A stretch of DNA of 38,307 nt from Candidatus Thorarchaeota archaeon (GCA_038893995.1 JAWAQK010000019.1:1-38307), one strand, 5' to 3'. Positions 1 to 7,765 are shown, counted from the stretch's first letter. Numbers and translations are program-made. The notes: a model not told the origin generated them from the letters alone.

Positions 1-21
1 AGCGTGACATTACGTCGCGAG

Positions 22-600
22 GTTTGAATCAGACTAGAAGTAGGGTTGAAACTCTGTTAGATACCCCACAGATTTCGTCGATATTTTCGTTTGAATCAGA
101 CTAGAAGTAGGGTTGAAACCTTATAGAGAGATAGCCCTCTGAGAGATCAGCAGAGAGTTTGAATCAGACTAGAAGTAGGGTTGAAACGACGATTGGCTCG
201 TCTGTTATGTCAATAGCCTCTTGGTTTGAATCAGACTAGAAGTAGGGTTGAAACGTGGAATAACAGGCGTGTATCCATCACATACCATTATAGAGTTTGA
301 ATCAGACTAGAAGTAGGGTTGAAACCAACGCATCGTCCCTCATATCTCGAGAGACCAAATGCTGTTTGAATCAGACTAGAAGTAGGGTTGAAACTACAGA
401 ATTTGCAGGAGGTCATCGAAAATACGACCTCCAGTTTGAATCAGACTAGAAGTAGGGTTGAAACGACATCATTGAGGATGTCAGGATCTTCGACTGACCT
501 GCGTTTGAATCAGACTAGAAGTAGGGTTGAAACTACGAGAGGTCTCCTCTTCGCCTCTCGTAGATACTCGTTTCAATGAAACTAGAAGTGGGGCTGAGAA
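22..600 (+). CRISPR. CRISPR array, trailer end; repeat GTTTGAATCAGACTAGAAGTAGGGTTGAAAC (31 nt)
   Basis: Identical repeats start at 22, 89, 157, 224, 295, 364, 434 and 503. A degenerate copy at 570-600 has 7 mismatches. Eight unique spacers are 36-40 nt, with a partial spacer at 1-21. The 3' GAAAC and the degenerate last repeat indicate + orientation, with the leader left of the window. Confidence 0.98.
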
Positions 601-606
601 ATGGTC

Positions 607-894
607 CTATCCAGTGCGTTTGATTATGTGGTATCCAAACTGAGTCTTTACAGGCTCCTCTGTCATCTGGCCCACATTCAGACTGAATGCAGCCCGTTCG
701 AACTCGGGCACCATTCTTCCCCTCTCGAACCAGCCCAGATCCCCTCCCCTCTTCTTCGACGGGCATGAACTGAACTGCCTGGCCATCTCGCCGAAGTCCG
801 CGCCCTCCTTTATCTTCCTTACTATCTCAAGGGCCTGGCTGTGCTTTTCAACAAGGATGTGACTCGCTCTGACTTTTCCGCCTTTGCTGCTCAT
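607..894 (-). CDS. Parvulin-type peptidyl-prolyl cis-trans isomerase
   Basis: Motifs [18 protein letters not shown]...[27 protein letters not shown]. Confidence 0.95.
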   Translation of the reverse strand: MSSKGGKVRASHILVEKHSQALEIVRKIKEGADFGEMARQFSSCPSKKRGGDLGWFERGRMVPEFERAAFSLNVGQMTEEPVKTQFGYHIIKRTG

Positions 895-1028
895 GAAATA
901 TCACGGGTCACGAGAGCGCATACGCCCTTATGTCTGCTTCGATATTCTCCCTGAGGTAATATCCGGATTGTCATACGGGCATGACACGAGTTCTTTAGCA
1001 CCTCTGTACATCATCGTTTCGAGTCGGA

Positions 1029-1241
1029 ATGAGAATAGTCACAGTCTGTCTTCCCACGTCCTACGTGGACGGAATGGACCAATTGGTCGAGCGAGACATG
1101 TACCCAAGTCGCTCTGAGATCATAAGGATTGCCATACGCGACTTGCTCGTTGAAGAACTGTGGTCCCGTGGCCAAGAGAAGAGGCCTGTGTCTGATTTGC
1201 AGAGGAAGGTCACCTCGGTGAAGGAGCGCATTCAGGAATAG
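1029..1241 (+). CDS. Ribbon-helix-helix (CopG/CdrS-like) transcriptional regulator
   Basis: MRIVTVCLP...MDQLV...YPSRSEIIRIAIRDLL matches the archaeal RHH pattern. Confidence 0.88.
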   Translation: MRIVTVCLPTSYVDGMDQLVERDMYPSRSEIIRIAIRDLLVEELWSRGQEKRPVSDLQRKVTSVKERIQE

Positions 1242-1340
1242 TCGACGCTCGTCTACAGAAGAGATTTGTTTTTCTGCTGCTGTCTATCATTATCTTTCAA
1301 CAAGCCATTTCTGTATGCAGCTCATAGGAGTAGGACCTAG

Positions 1341-1934
1341 ATGTCGATACGAAGGTTTCTCAGGCGCCTGATGAAGATGGAATCGGAAGAGGCCGAGTCG
1401 GAAGCACCAACTGGTGAGAGTGAGCAGACTACTGTGTCTCAACCAGTGGTGGCCCAACCACAGGTGACCTCAGAGGCTCCCGCAACCGTCGAGGAAACTG
1501 CGGAGGAGGTCACTGAGGAAGTCGAGGAGGGGATGCCACCGCACACGCGACTCATCGACAGAATAATGTACATCCTCAACGACCCTGCGATGTCGTCCAC
1601 CATAGCGGGACCCGATGAGTTCACGGTGGAATTCCTGGCACTTGGGGAGCGGTTCTGGATTCGCAAGACTGCAAATGGTCCTATCGAGTCCGGAATCGGT
1701 GCGGTGTCTGATGAGGATGTATACATCAGGATCTCAGACTCGGTAGTCAGAGAGCTCCTGTCAGTCCCCACTTTCGAGGAATTCGTAAGGGTCTACCTCA
1801 AGTATTATAGGTCCCCTGGAGAACGATCATTCGTCAAGGTTGAGCTCAGAAAGGACATCACCAGCCTCAACAAGATGGGCTATGCTCGTGTTCCTCTACT
1901 GAAGCTCTTCATTGGTAACATGAGATGGCGATAG
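1341..1934 (+). CDS. Hypothetical protein; acidic disordered N-terminus, possible SCP2-like fold
   Basis: 197-aa ORF with GGAG SD. The segment ERFWIRK..NGPIESGIG...DEDVYIRIS..VVRELL is reminiscent of sterol-carrier (SCP2) folds; weak. Confidence 0.6.
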   Translation: MSIRRFLRRLMKMESEEAESEAPTGESEQTTVSQPVVAQPQVTSEAPATVEETAEEVTEEVEEGMPPHTRLIDRIMYILNDPAMSSTIAGPDEFTVEFLALGERFWIRKTANGPIESGIGAVSDEDVYIRISDSVVRELLSVPTFEEFVRVYLKYYRSPGERSFVKVELRKDITSLNKMGYARVPLLKLFIGNMRWR

Positions 1935-2020
1935 TCTGCACGTCGGAATCTTAATAGGTTCCTGGCAGTGGCTACTCTTCAAGTCCCTGGGTAGCCCGAT
2001 TACAGCTCAGAGGAAGGTTC

Positions 2021-2704
2021 GTGATGGAGATCAAGTTACCCCTAGTAGTGATCAATTTCAAGACTTACCCACAGGCATCAGGCGAGCGAGGCCTCCTGCT
2101 CGCACAGACATGCGAGGCCGTTGCAAAGGAGTATGGTGTCTCAGTTGCCGTGGCCCCTCAGATACCGGACCTCTATCCCATCTGTCGCGGTGTTGACATC
2201 CCTGTCCTGTCTCAGCATATGGACTCGGTAGAGCCGGGTCAGAACACAGGTCACATAGTTGGTGAAACGCTGGTGGAGATAGGCTGCAGGGGCACCCTCC
2301 TGAACCACTCTGAGAGACGAATGTTGCTCGCCGATGTCGAGGGTGCCGTACGTAGGGCAGAACTGCTCAATCTCATGTCCATAGTCTGTACGAACAACGT
2401 GATGACTAGCGTTGCTGCTGCAGCAATGCGTCCGAACGCGGTCGCAATTGAGCCTCCTGAACTCATCGGAACGGGCGTATCTGTTTCCAAGTCCAAACCT
2501 GAGGTCGTGGCCGGCACAGTTGCAGCCATAAGGAGTGTCAACAAGGATGTGGTGATACTCTGCGGAGCTGGCATCTCCAACGGCGAGGACGTGCGGGCCG
2601 CCATAGATCTTGGGACTCAGGGCGTACTGCTGGCCTCCGCTGTCACCAAGTCAAACAGACCTGCAGATGTTCTCAGAGACCTGCTGGCTCCACTCAGAGA
2701 GTGA
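2021..2704 (+). CDS. tpiA: Triosephosphate isomerase, archaeal type
   Basis: INFKTY, SQH, LLNHSE, AIEPPELIGTG, LCGAGI, GVLLAS. Confidence 0.97.
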   Translation: MMEIKLPLVVINFKTYPQASGERGLLLAQTCEAVAKEYGVSVAVAPQIPDLYPICRGVDIPVLSQHMDSVEPGQNTGHIVGETLVEIGCRGTLLNHSERRMLLADVEGAVRRAELLNLMSIVCTNNVMTSVAAAAMRPNAVAIEPPELIGTGVSVSKSKPEVVAGTVAAIRSVNKDVVILCGAGISNGEDVRAAIDLGTQGVLLASAVTKSNRPADVLRDLLAPLRE

Positions 2705-2741
2705 TCTGGCAGCAAGCATTCGACATGGACGGTCTGGAGAG

Positions 2742-3632
2742 TTGAAGGTAGCGCTCGAGTGTTCTCATTGTCTTCTGAAGAGGGCAGTAAACCAGGCTCG
2801 GCTGGCGAGTGATGACCCTGAGATACAGATGGCCGTTATTGCTGAGATGACCCGTTTCCTGGGAGAGGCCCTCACGCCCGGCTCTGTTCCGAGCCACATT
2901 GGTACTGACCGTGATCTGCTTGTTCAACGCATCACCGGCAAGGACCCGTACCTACAACTCAAGATAGAGTCTAATCGCATGGCGCTCGGCCTGCTCCCCG
3001 ATCTGGAGAAGGCAGTAGCAACCTTAGATGGGCCTGAGAAGCGTTTCAGAATGGCCACACTCATTGCAGCCGCCGCGAATGCCATCGAGTTTGACGTTGC
3101 GGGGAGAGAGTTCAGTCTCGATGACCTGAAGGCATTGGTCCGTGATGTTGAGGGGGAACTCGCCATCGATCATATTGACCGGTTTCGTGAGCTGTGCCTG
3201 GGCGTCAGTGAGGTCTTGTACCTGATGGACAACGCTGGCGAGATTGTACTCGACACGCTCCTGATTCGAGAGATTCAGCAGGCCGGGCCCTCAGTGGTTG
3301 CCGTGGTGAAGGGTGGTCCTGTCCTGAACGACGCCACGATCGATGACGCGGAGATGGTGAATCTGAGTCGGTATGCTGACAGGGTCGTGTCAACAGGTAC
3401 TGCAGCCATAGGCGTCAACCTGGAGCGCAGTTCTCGCGAGTTCGTTTCGATGCTTGAATCAGCACAACTGATTGTTGCAAAGGGAATGGGCAACTACGAG
3501 TCTCTCACAGAGATAGAGACTGGCTGTCCAGTCGTCCACATACTGCGGACCAAGTGCGACCCCGTCGCCAGACACATCGGAGTACCACGCAACGTGAATG
3601 TCATACTTGTCAGGGAACCGAGAGTGACCTGA
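2742..3632 (+). CDS. DUF89/ARMT1-like damage-control phosphatase
   Basis: Start moved to TTG 2742 (MKVALECSHCLL, typical N-terminus); DNAGE, NDAT, AKGMGNYESL, KC.PVA motifs. Confidence 0.9.
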   Translation: MKVALECSHCLLKRAVNQARLASDDPEIQMAVIAEMTRFLGEALTPGSVPSHIGTDRDLLVQRITGKDPYLQLKIESNRMALGLLPDLEKAVATLDGPEKRFRMATLIAAAANAIEFDVAGREFSLDDLKALVRDVEGELAIDHIDRFRELCLGVSEVLYLMDNAGEIVLDTLLIREIQQAGPSVVAVVKGGPVLNDATIDDAEMVNLSRYADRVVSTGTAAIGVNLERSSREFVSMLESAQLIVAKGMGNYESLTEIETGCPVVHILRTKCDPVARHIGVPRNVNVILVREPRVT

Positions 3633-3634
3633 GT

Positions 3635-4468
3635 TCACATCCTGCTGGGACTCACGAGAGTCTTGTACACCGGTTGTGACTCCACGAACTCCACACTTAT
3701 GTCCTTGAACTCGAGGCTCATCTGGTATCGCAACCTCTTCATTCCTGGTTCAGTTGTGGTGACACTCCCTACCTCAAGGGTCGATATGCCCCTCTCATGG
3801 GCGAATGTCCTGGCATCTGGCGCTAAGTCCCCCGTGATGATTGTCCTCAAGTCACTCTCAGCTGCACCGAGTATCTCCGTTACACCCAGCTGGATGCCTG
3901 CCACAACGAGGAATTCCCCCACATTGTCGTCCAGGTTGCCAGAGAAGATGACCTGCTCGATCCCCAGTTTCGCCATCACCCTGTCTGCAAACAGGGAGTG
4001 GTTCATCTCATCCTCAAGTCTGCAGATCCTTCCGATAGGAACATCCGTCCTGTAGTCGCCCTCGACTCCAAAATTACGCACCACTGATGCCCCCAGCCTC
4101 TCAGCAAGCGCATCGCTAAGACCATCTCTTGCTGAGACGAATGCAGTCCCGATGTAGTAACTGGATATGTAGTTCTTGGACAGAAGCCTGACCCTCAGGA
4201 GGTCGTGTTCTGCCAGTCGATCCACTGGACGCGGAAAGAGTGGAAACGCCGTGATCATCAGATTGGCCTTCTCTTGGCTTGCCCTCGCAACGTTCCGTGA
4301 CGATGGATAGCTTGTTATCATGATCCTTCGAACAGCAGTGTTGGACTGTTCTGTTTCAGTCTGGGGACCGATCTCCAATCGATCAGTCAGTCCCCCGACT
4401 GTGAGTTCTACAGGTGCTATCTGTCTGAGGTATTTCACGACCTCTCTGACTGTATGCATTTGATCCAC
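3635..4468 (-). CDS. NIF3/DUF34-family protein with degenerate metal site
   Basis: NIF3 layout (VV.YL.QIAP.L, GLSDALAERLG, IGRIC.L, ITGD, TEPGM), but HHP is replaced by AFP, HT.LD by GTAFV and GH..TE by GS..TE. Confidence 0.8.
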   Translation of the reverse strand: MDQMHTVREVVKYLRQIAPVELTVGGLTDRLEIGPQTETEQSNTAVRRIMITSYPSSRNVARASQEKANLMITAFPLFPRPVDRLAEHDLLRVRLLSKNYISSYYIGTAFVSARDGLSDALAERLGASVVRNFGVEGDYRTDVPIGRICRLEDEMNHSLFADRVMAKLGIEQVIFSGNLDDNVGEFLVVAGIQLGVTEILGAAESDLRTIITGDLAPDARTFAHERGISTLEVGSVTTTEPGMKRLRYQMSLEFKDISVEFVESQPVYKTLVSPSRM

Positions 4469-4692
4469 CGGTCTTCAGTCTGACACTAGTATCAGCTGGG
4501 GCTGCAGATGATATGTGAATCTCCGCATAGCATGCTCCTAAGTGTTACTATCGAGTAGTGGCCGAGTGGATGCGACCTGTATTGTTGAGGCCAGCCCAGG
4601 ACGACCCTCTTGAGATAGGTCCCACAATTGTCATCTGGCGGTCTTCTCAGACTCCAGTCTGGAGGTTCCTGCGAGCAGATCTGTGACTACCA

Positions 4693-4860
4693 TCACTCTG
4701 CTGCAACACGTGTTGCGGTCCTGAGGGTGGCTCTCCGGAGCAGACGGAGCTCAGTCCGGAACCGTCTCATCCTACACATACGTCTGAGATCTAGGACCGA
4801 AGGGTTCTGTCTCTTTCTCAATGCGGTCATCTGTCGCTTGAGTCTCTTCTCCTTGTTCAA
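4693..4860 (-). CDS. Small Arg/Lys-rich hypothetical protein (55 aa), not in the ORF track
   Basis: TTG start, GGAGGG SD 7 nt upstream, TTATAA at 4898-4903; MNKEKRLKRQMTALRKRQNPSVLDLRRMCRMRRFRTELRLLRRATLRTATRVAAE. Confidence 0.5.
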   Translation of the reverse strand: MNKEKRLKRQMTALRKRQNPSVLDLRRMCRMRRFRTELRLLRRATLRTATRVAAE

Positions 4861-4983
4861 TGTGTGACCCTCCGTGGGTCACTCCATGATGGTCTCATTA
4901 TAACAGTATCGCAGGTGGGCAATCCTTTTCTCGGCAGGGATTCAAGCTCCAAGAAGTGCGATCCAATCGGGGTGCACAGGACA

Positions 4984-5496
4984 TTGAGTGCTCGTCGTAC
5001 AGTCAGCATTAGGCTCAGACTCGAGAGCGATATCATTGAGAGGATTGACATGGCGGCGGGACCTGATCGCAGGCTCAAGTTCATTCGAGATGCGATCCTC
5101 TGGCGTCTCGACCAAGATATACCTCCCGTTGTGTTAGACCTCGCCCGTGAGCTGGAGCAACTGCGGCGTCGGGTCGAGAACCTCGAACGGGCTCAGTCCC
5201 CGTCGCTTCAGAAGGCTCTCTTAGGGAGCACATCTTCCTCTCGCTTGTGCAGGGATGAGCTCGATCGTAAGATCCTGATACAACTGCTCCAACAGCAGGC
5301 CAGCACGACCACTGAGCTCGCAGAGAGTCTCCTGGGGTCTGCCTCGAAACGGACTACTATCCTCAACAGGATCAAGTGGATCAATGCACAGGCCAGAGCG
5401 ATTCATGGCCGCGATCTGCTGGTTCAGGAGCGGGGTGTAGTGGACGGAAAGCGCGGTGCCTGGCGCATCTCGGAGCCCGACCTATTGACATCCTGA
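4984..5496 (+). CDS. Putative transcriptional regulator: RHH-like N-terminus, coiled coil, winged HTH
   Basis: Likely TTG start at 4984. RTVSIRLRLESDIIERID...RLKFIRDAI.WRL (RHH); LARELEQLRRRVENLE (coiled coil); DELDRKIL..L.Q...TTTELAESL (wHTH). Confidence 0.7.
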   Translation: MSARRTVSIRLRLESDIIERIDMAAGPDRRLKFIRDAILWRLDQDIPPVVLDLARELEQLRRRVENLERAQSPSLQKALLGSTSSSRLCRDELDRKILIQLLQQQASTTTELAESLLGSASKRTTILNRIKWINAQARAIHGRDLLVQERGVVDGKRGAWRISEPDLLTS

Positions 5497-5530
5497 ATCC
5501 CTTGATACTAGGACTGTCGTGAGCACAAAT

Positions 5531-5538
5531 GTTTAAAC
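5531..5538 (+). promoter_or_regulatory. TATA box of tRNA-Arg(CCG)
   Basis: GTTTAAAC about 25-30 nt upstream of the tRNA 5' end, preceded by an A-rich BRE-like segment. Confidence 0.6.
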
Positions 5539-5561
5539 CGCAGTAGGAAGACGAGGCAGCT

Positions 5562-5699
5562 GGGGCCGTAGTCTAGTTTGGACCTGCGACACATTGCGGT
5601 CGCCGGGCACAGATAAGGCACCAGCCTCCGGGCGATCGGATCTGGTCCTGATCGGTGGAAAGTTGGTAGTCGCCGGTTCAAATCCGGCCGGTCCCGCCA
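5562..5699 (+). tRNA. tRNA-Arg(CCG) with D-loop intron (5582-5612) and canonical 37/38 intron (5632-5660); CCA encoded
   Basis: Acceptor GGGGCCG/CGGTCCC, D stem GTCT/AGGC, anticodon stem CCAGC/GTTGG with CT-CCG-GA loop, T arm GCCGG-TTCAAAT-CCGGC, G73, A20. Both introns fold as relaxed bulge-helix-bulge motifs. Confidence 0.93.
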
Positions 5700-5870
5700 C
5701 AATCTTCTGATGCAGCTATCTTCTCTCGGTCAGTCTGGGCTTAAATAGACTGCAAGCGACAACCTATCGGTCGTGTCCACAGTCTGTTCTGCGTGAGTGA
5801 CCCTGTGTTGGGCTCATGATGTGCGGGTCATCCTGTGGACAGCCGGACCACTGATTGACGGAGGCTTCGT

Positions 5871-6071
5871 GTGTTGTACCAGTCAGGAACAGATGTACGG
5901 GAGATTGCGGACAGATTTGCTGATCATCTGCGGGGTGAGAAGGGCAGGATCGTGATGGAGAATCTTGCGGAGGGCGAGAGCTTCATAGTTCACACATCTG
6001 AGATGCGTCTGCTTGTGACGAAAGTCAAGGGTGAACTGGAGGTCCGAGTCCTCGAACGTGACTCTACATGA
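5871..6071 (+). CDS. Small hypothetical protein (66 aa)
   Basis: GGAGG SD, protein-like composition, 9-bp hairpin over the stop codon (6064-6086). Confidence 0.65.
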   Translation: MLYQSGTDVREIADRFADHLRGEKGRIVMENLAEGESFIVHTSEMRLLVTKVKGELEVRVLERDST

Positions 6072-6101
6072 GCCATCCTCGTGTAGGACTTAGCGAAGAG
6101 T

Positions 6102-6108
6102 CTATAAA
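6102..6108 (+). promoter_or_regulatory. TATA box of tRNA-Arg(GCG)
   Basis: CTATAAA about 25 nt upstream of the tRNA, with GCGAAGAG upstream as a BRE-like segment. Confidence 0.6.
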
Positions 6109-6130
6109 CACAGATGAGCGGTTGGTTGGC

Positions 6131-6268
6131 GGGGCCGTAGTCTAGTTTGGACCTGCGACACATTGTGGTCGCCGGGCACAGATAAGGCACCAGCCTGCGG
6201 TCCGCCGAGAGCATTGTTCGGCAGCAGACAGTTGGTAGTCGCCGGTTCAAATCCGGCCGGTCCCGCCA
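6131..6268 (+). tRNA. tRNA-Arg(GCG) with D-loop intron (6151-6181) and canonical 37/38 intron (6201-6229); CCA encoded
   Basis: Body identical to the 5562 tRNA except the anticodon (GCG at 6197-6199). Central splice helix CUGC/GCAG is perfect. Confidence 0.93.
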
Positions 6269-6501
6269 CCTCTGTCTATGGGAACCCAGGAGGAGGCCCA
6301 CAACACCGTTTCTCGTGGGTTGGGTGGTTGCCATGTGAATCGAGGCCACGAGATACGTCATACGGACATCGATCTGGGTCTCATATACATGTTCATGGGC
6401 AGTCAACAGGAATTGCTACACCCGAGTGCCGAGGTTGCCCGATTCTGAAGTGGCTGCCGGTTCTGTGGTGGTAGGGGTCCATATCGAGGAGGACGAGTCC
6501 G

Positions 6502-7623
6502 TTGTACTATTCGCCGCAGAGGATTGAGCAGATAAGACAACTGATGAATAGCGAGTCCATTGATGCCCTGATACTGACCAGGCACGAGGACGTACAGTAT
6601 GCCACGGGCTTCCAGGCTCCGGGGTGGGGTATCCCGGTAGGTTGTGTGATAATGCCGGGTCTCCGGCCGTTGCTAGTCTTACCTGAGAGTATCTTGGGCC
6701 TCACTGAGGACATTACCTCGGGAGTTGCTGTAAGGGGATTCCCCTCCCCTGGTCCAGTGGCCTGGACTCTCCACAGGCCTGCCGCCTTCTGGCAACGTGT
6801 TCTTGAACTGCTTCAAGAACACAGAGTTGACGCCAAGACCATAGGGATTCAGCTCGACCACGTATCGGTCAACGAATATCAGATGGTGAGATCTACCCTG
6901 CAGCGAGCATCCCTGAAGAACTGCTCTCAGCTATTGTATGAACTCAGGCAGGTCAAGGACAGTACGGAGATTGCTGCGATTCGAAACTCGGTGAAGATAG
7001 CGGAGATCGGGTTGCGGACTGCACTTGAAACGGTCTCTCCCGGTCGGTCCAATGTGGAGGTCTCTGCAGAGGTGGAGTCCGCCATGAGGACGGCGGGCCG
7101 ACAGCTCACAGGACTGCGGGCCACGGTCATGTCCTGCGTAGATGATCTGTGGCGAGAAGAGCCCTCGTACAGGGTGATACGGCCAGATGACATGTTGGTG
7201 GTGGAGGTCACGACTCGCAGGGCTGGATACTATGCGCAGATGTCAAGAACTCTCCGAATGGGCGAGTTGAAGGAGAAACAGTCAAGACTTTTCCGCACCG
7301 CAATGGCTGCACTCGAGACGATCGAGAATATGCTCGTTCCCGAGAACGAGGTACGTGATGCTGCCAACTCTGTACGTCGGTTGCTCGATTCAATAGACGG
7401 AGTCGCGATCAGTGGAAGACTGGGCAGCTCGATCGGACTCTGTGTCTCAGAGCCTCCCGTGATATCCCCTGACGAGCGAACTCCAGTCCGCGAGGGCATG
7501 GTGTTCTCGGTGGGTCCGGTGGTCCGCGGTCCCGATCGTGAGATCGCCCGGGTCGGTGAACTCGTCCTTGTGACGTCAGACGGAGCAGAGAGTCTCTCCA
7601 CCCTACTGAGAGAGACAATGTAG
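6502..7623 (+). CDS. M24 (Xaa-Pro peptidase/creatinase-fold) protein with degenerate active site
   Basis: Creatinase_N-like start (RIEQIRQLM..IDALILT...V.YATGF), LRQVKD..EI..IR, and a pita-bread domain whose metal ligands are substituted. Confidence 0.85.
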   Translation: MYYSPQRIEQIRQLMNSESIDALILTRHEDVQYATGFQAPGWGIPVGCVIMPGLRPLLVLPESILGLTEDITSGVAVRGFPSPGPVAWTLHRPAAFWQRVLELLQEHRVDAKTIGIQLDHVSVNEYQMVRSTLQRASLKNCSQLLYELRQVKDSTEIAAIRNSVKIAEIGLRTALETVSPGRSNVEVSAEVESAMRTAGRQLTGLRATVMSCVDDLWREEPSYRVIRPDDMLVVEVTTRRAGYYAQMSRTLRMGELKEKQSRLFRTAMAALETIENMLVPENEVRDAANSVRRLLDSIDGVAISGRLGSSIGLCVSEPPVISPDERTPVREGMVFSVGPVVRGPDREIARVGELVLVTSDGAESLSTLLRETM

Positions 7624-7735
7624 GTCCCCCCGAGTCTGGCGACCCCTGATTTGCGATGCAACGACTGCCCCTATCTTGACGTCCGCCCTGGCAAGTGATG
7701 TCTGCAGCTACTGTCGGCATGATCTGCCAATGGTG

Positions 7736-7765
7736 ACAGGTGTAGTCACTGGCATGACTACCTGT
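7736..7765. terminator. Hairpin between convergent genes
   Basis: ACAG-(GT)-GTAGTCA / TGACTAC-CTGT, 11 bp, directly after the stop of the gamma-CA gene. Confidence 0.5.

Noticed and set aside
465-502. Spacer 7 partial resemblance to ~1712-1740 (TGAGGATGT...TCAGGATCT) as self-targeting
   Set aside because: The match needs an internal insertion and covers only short blocks, consistent with chance
53-569. Most spacers have a protein-like open frame on the reverse strand, suggesting an RNA-targeting bias
   Set aside because: Open frames of 12-13 codons are common by chance; not supportable without protospacers
388-579. 63-aa ORF with repeated LNQTRSRVET
   Set aside because: It is a translation of CRISPR repeats and spacers
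4703-4716. Perfect 14-bp palindrome GCAACACGTGTTGC
   Set aside because: Single occurrence inside a putative ORF; about one or two are expected by chance in 38 kb
5562-5699. tRNA-Pro call from the GGGGCCGTAGTCTAG 5' end
   Set aside because: After intron removal the anticodon is CCG (GCG in the second copy) with A20 and G73, which indicates Arg
5562-6268. Duplicated tRNA as attL/attR of an integrated element
   Set aside because: Both copies are complete, have their own TATA boxes and different anticodons; only 431 nt and no integrase lie between them
5508-6474. ORFs 5508-5702, 5990-6406 and 6163-6474 sharing WRDRPDLNRRLPT-type text
   Set aside because: They are shadow translations of the two tRNA genes
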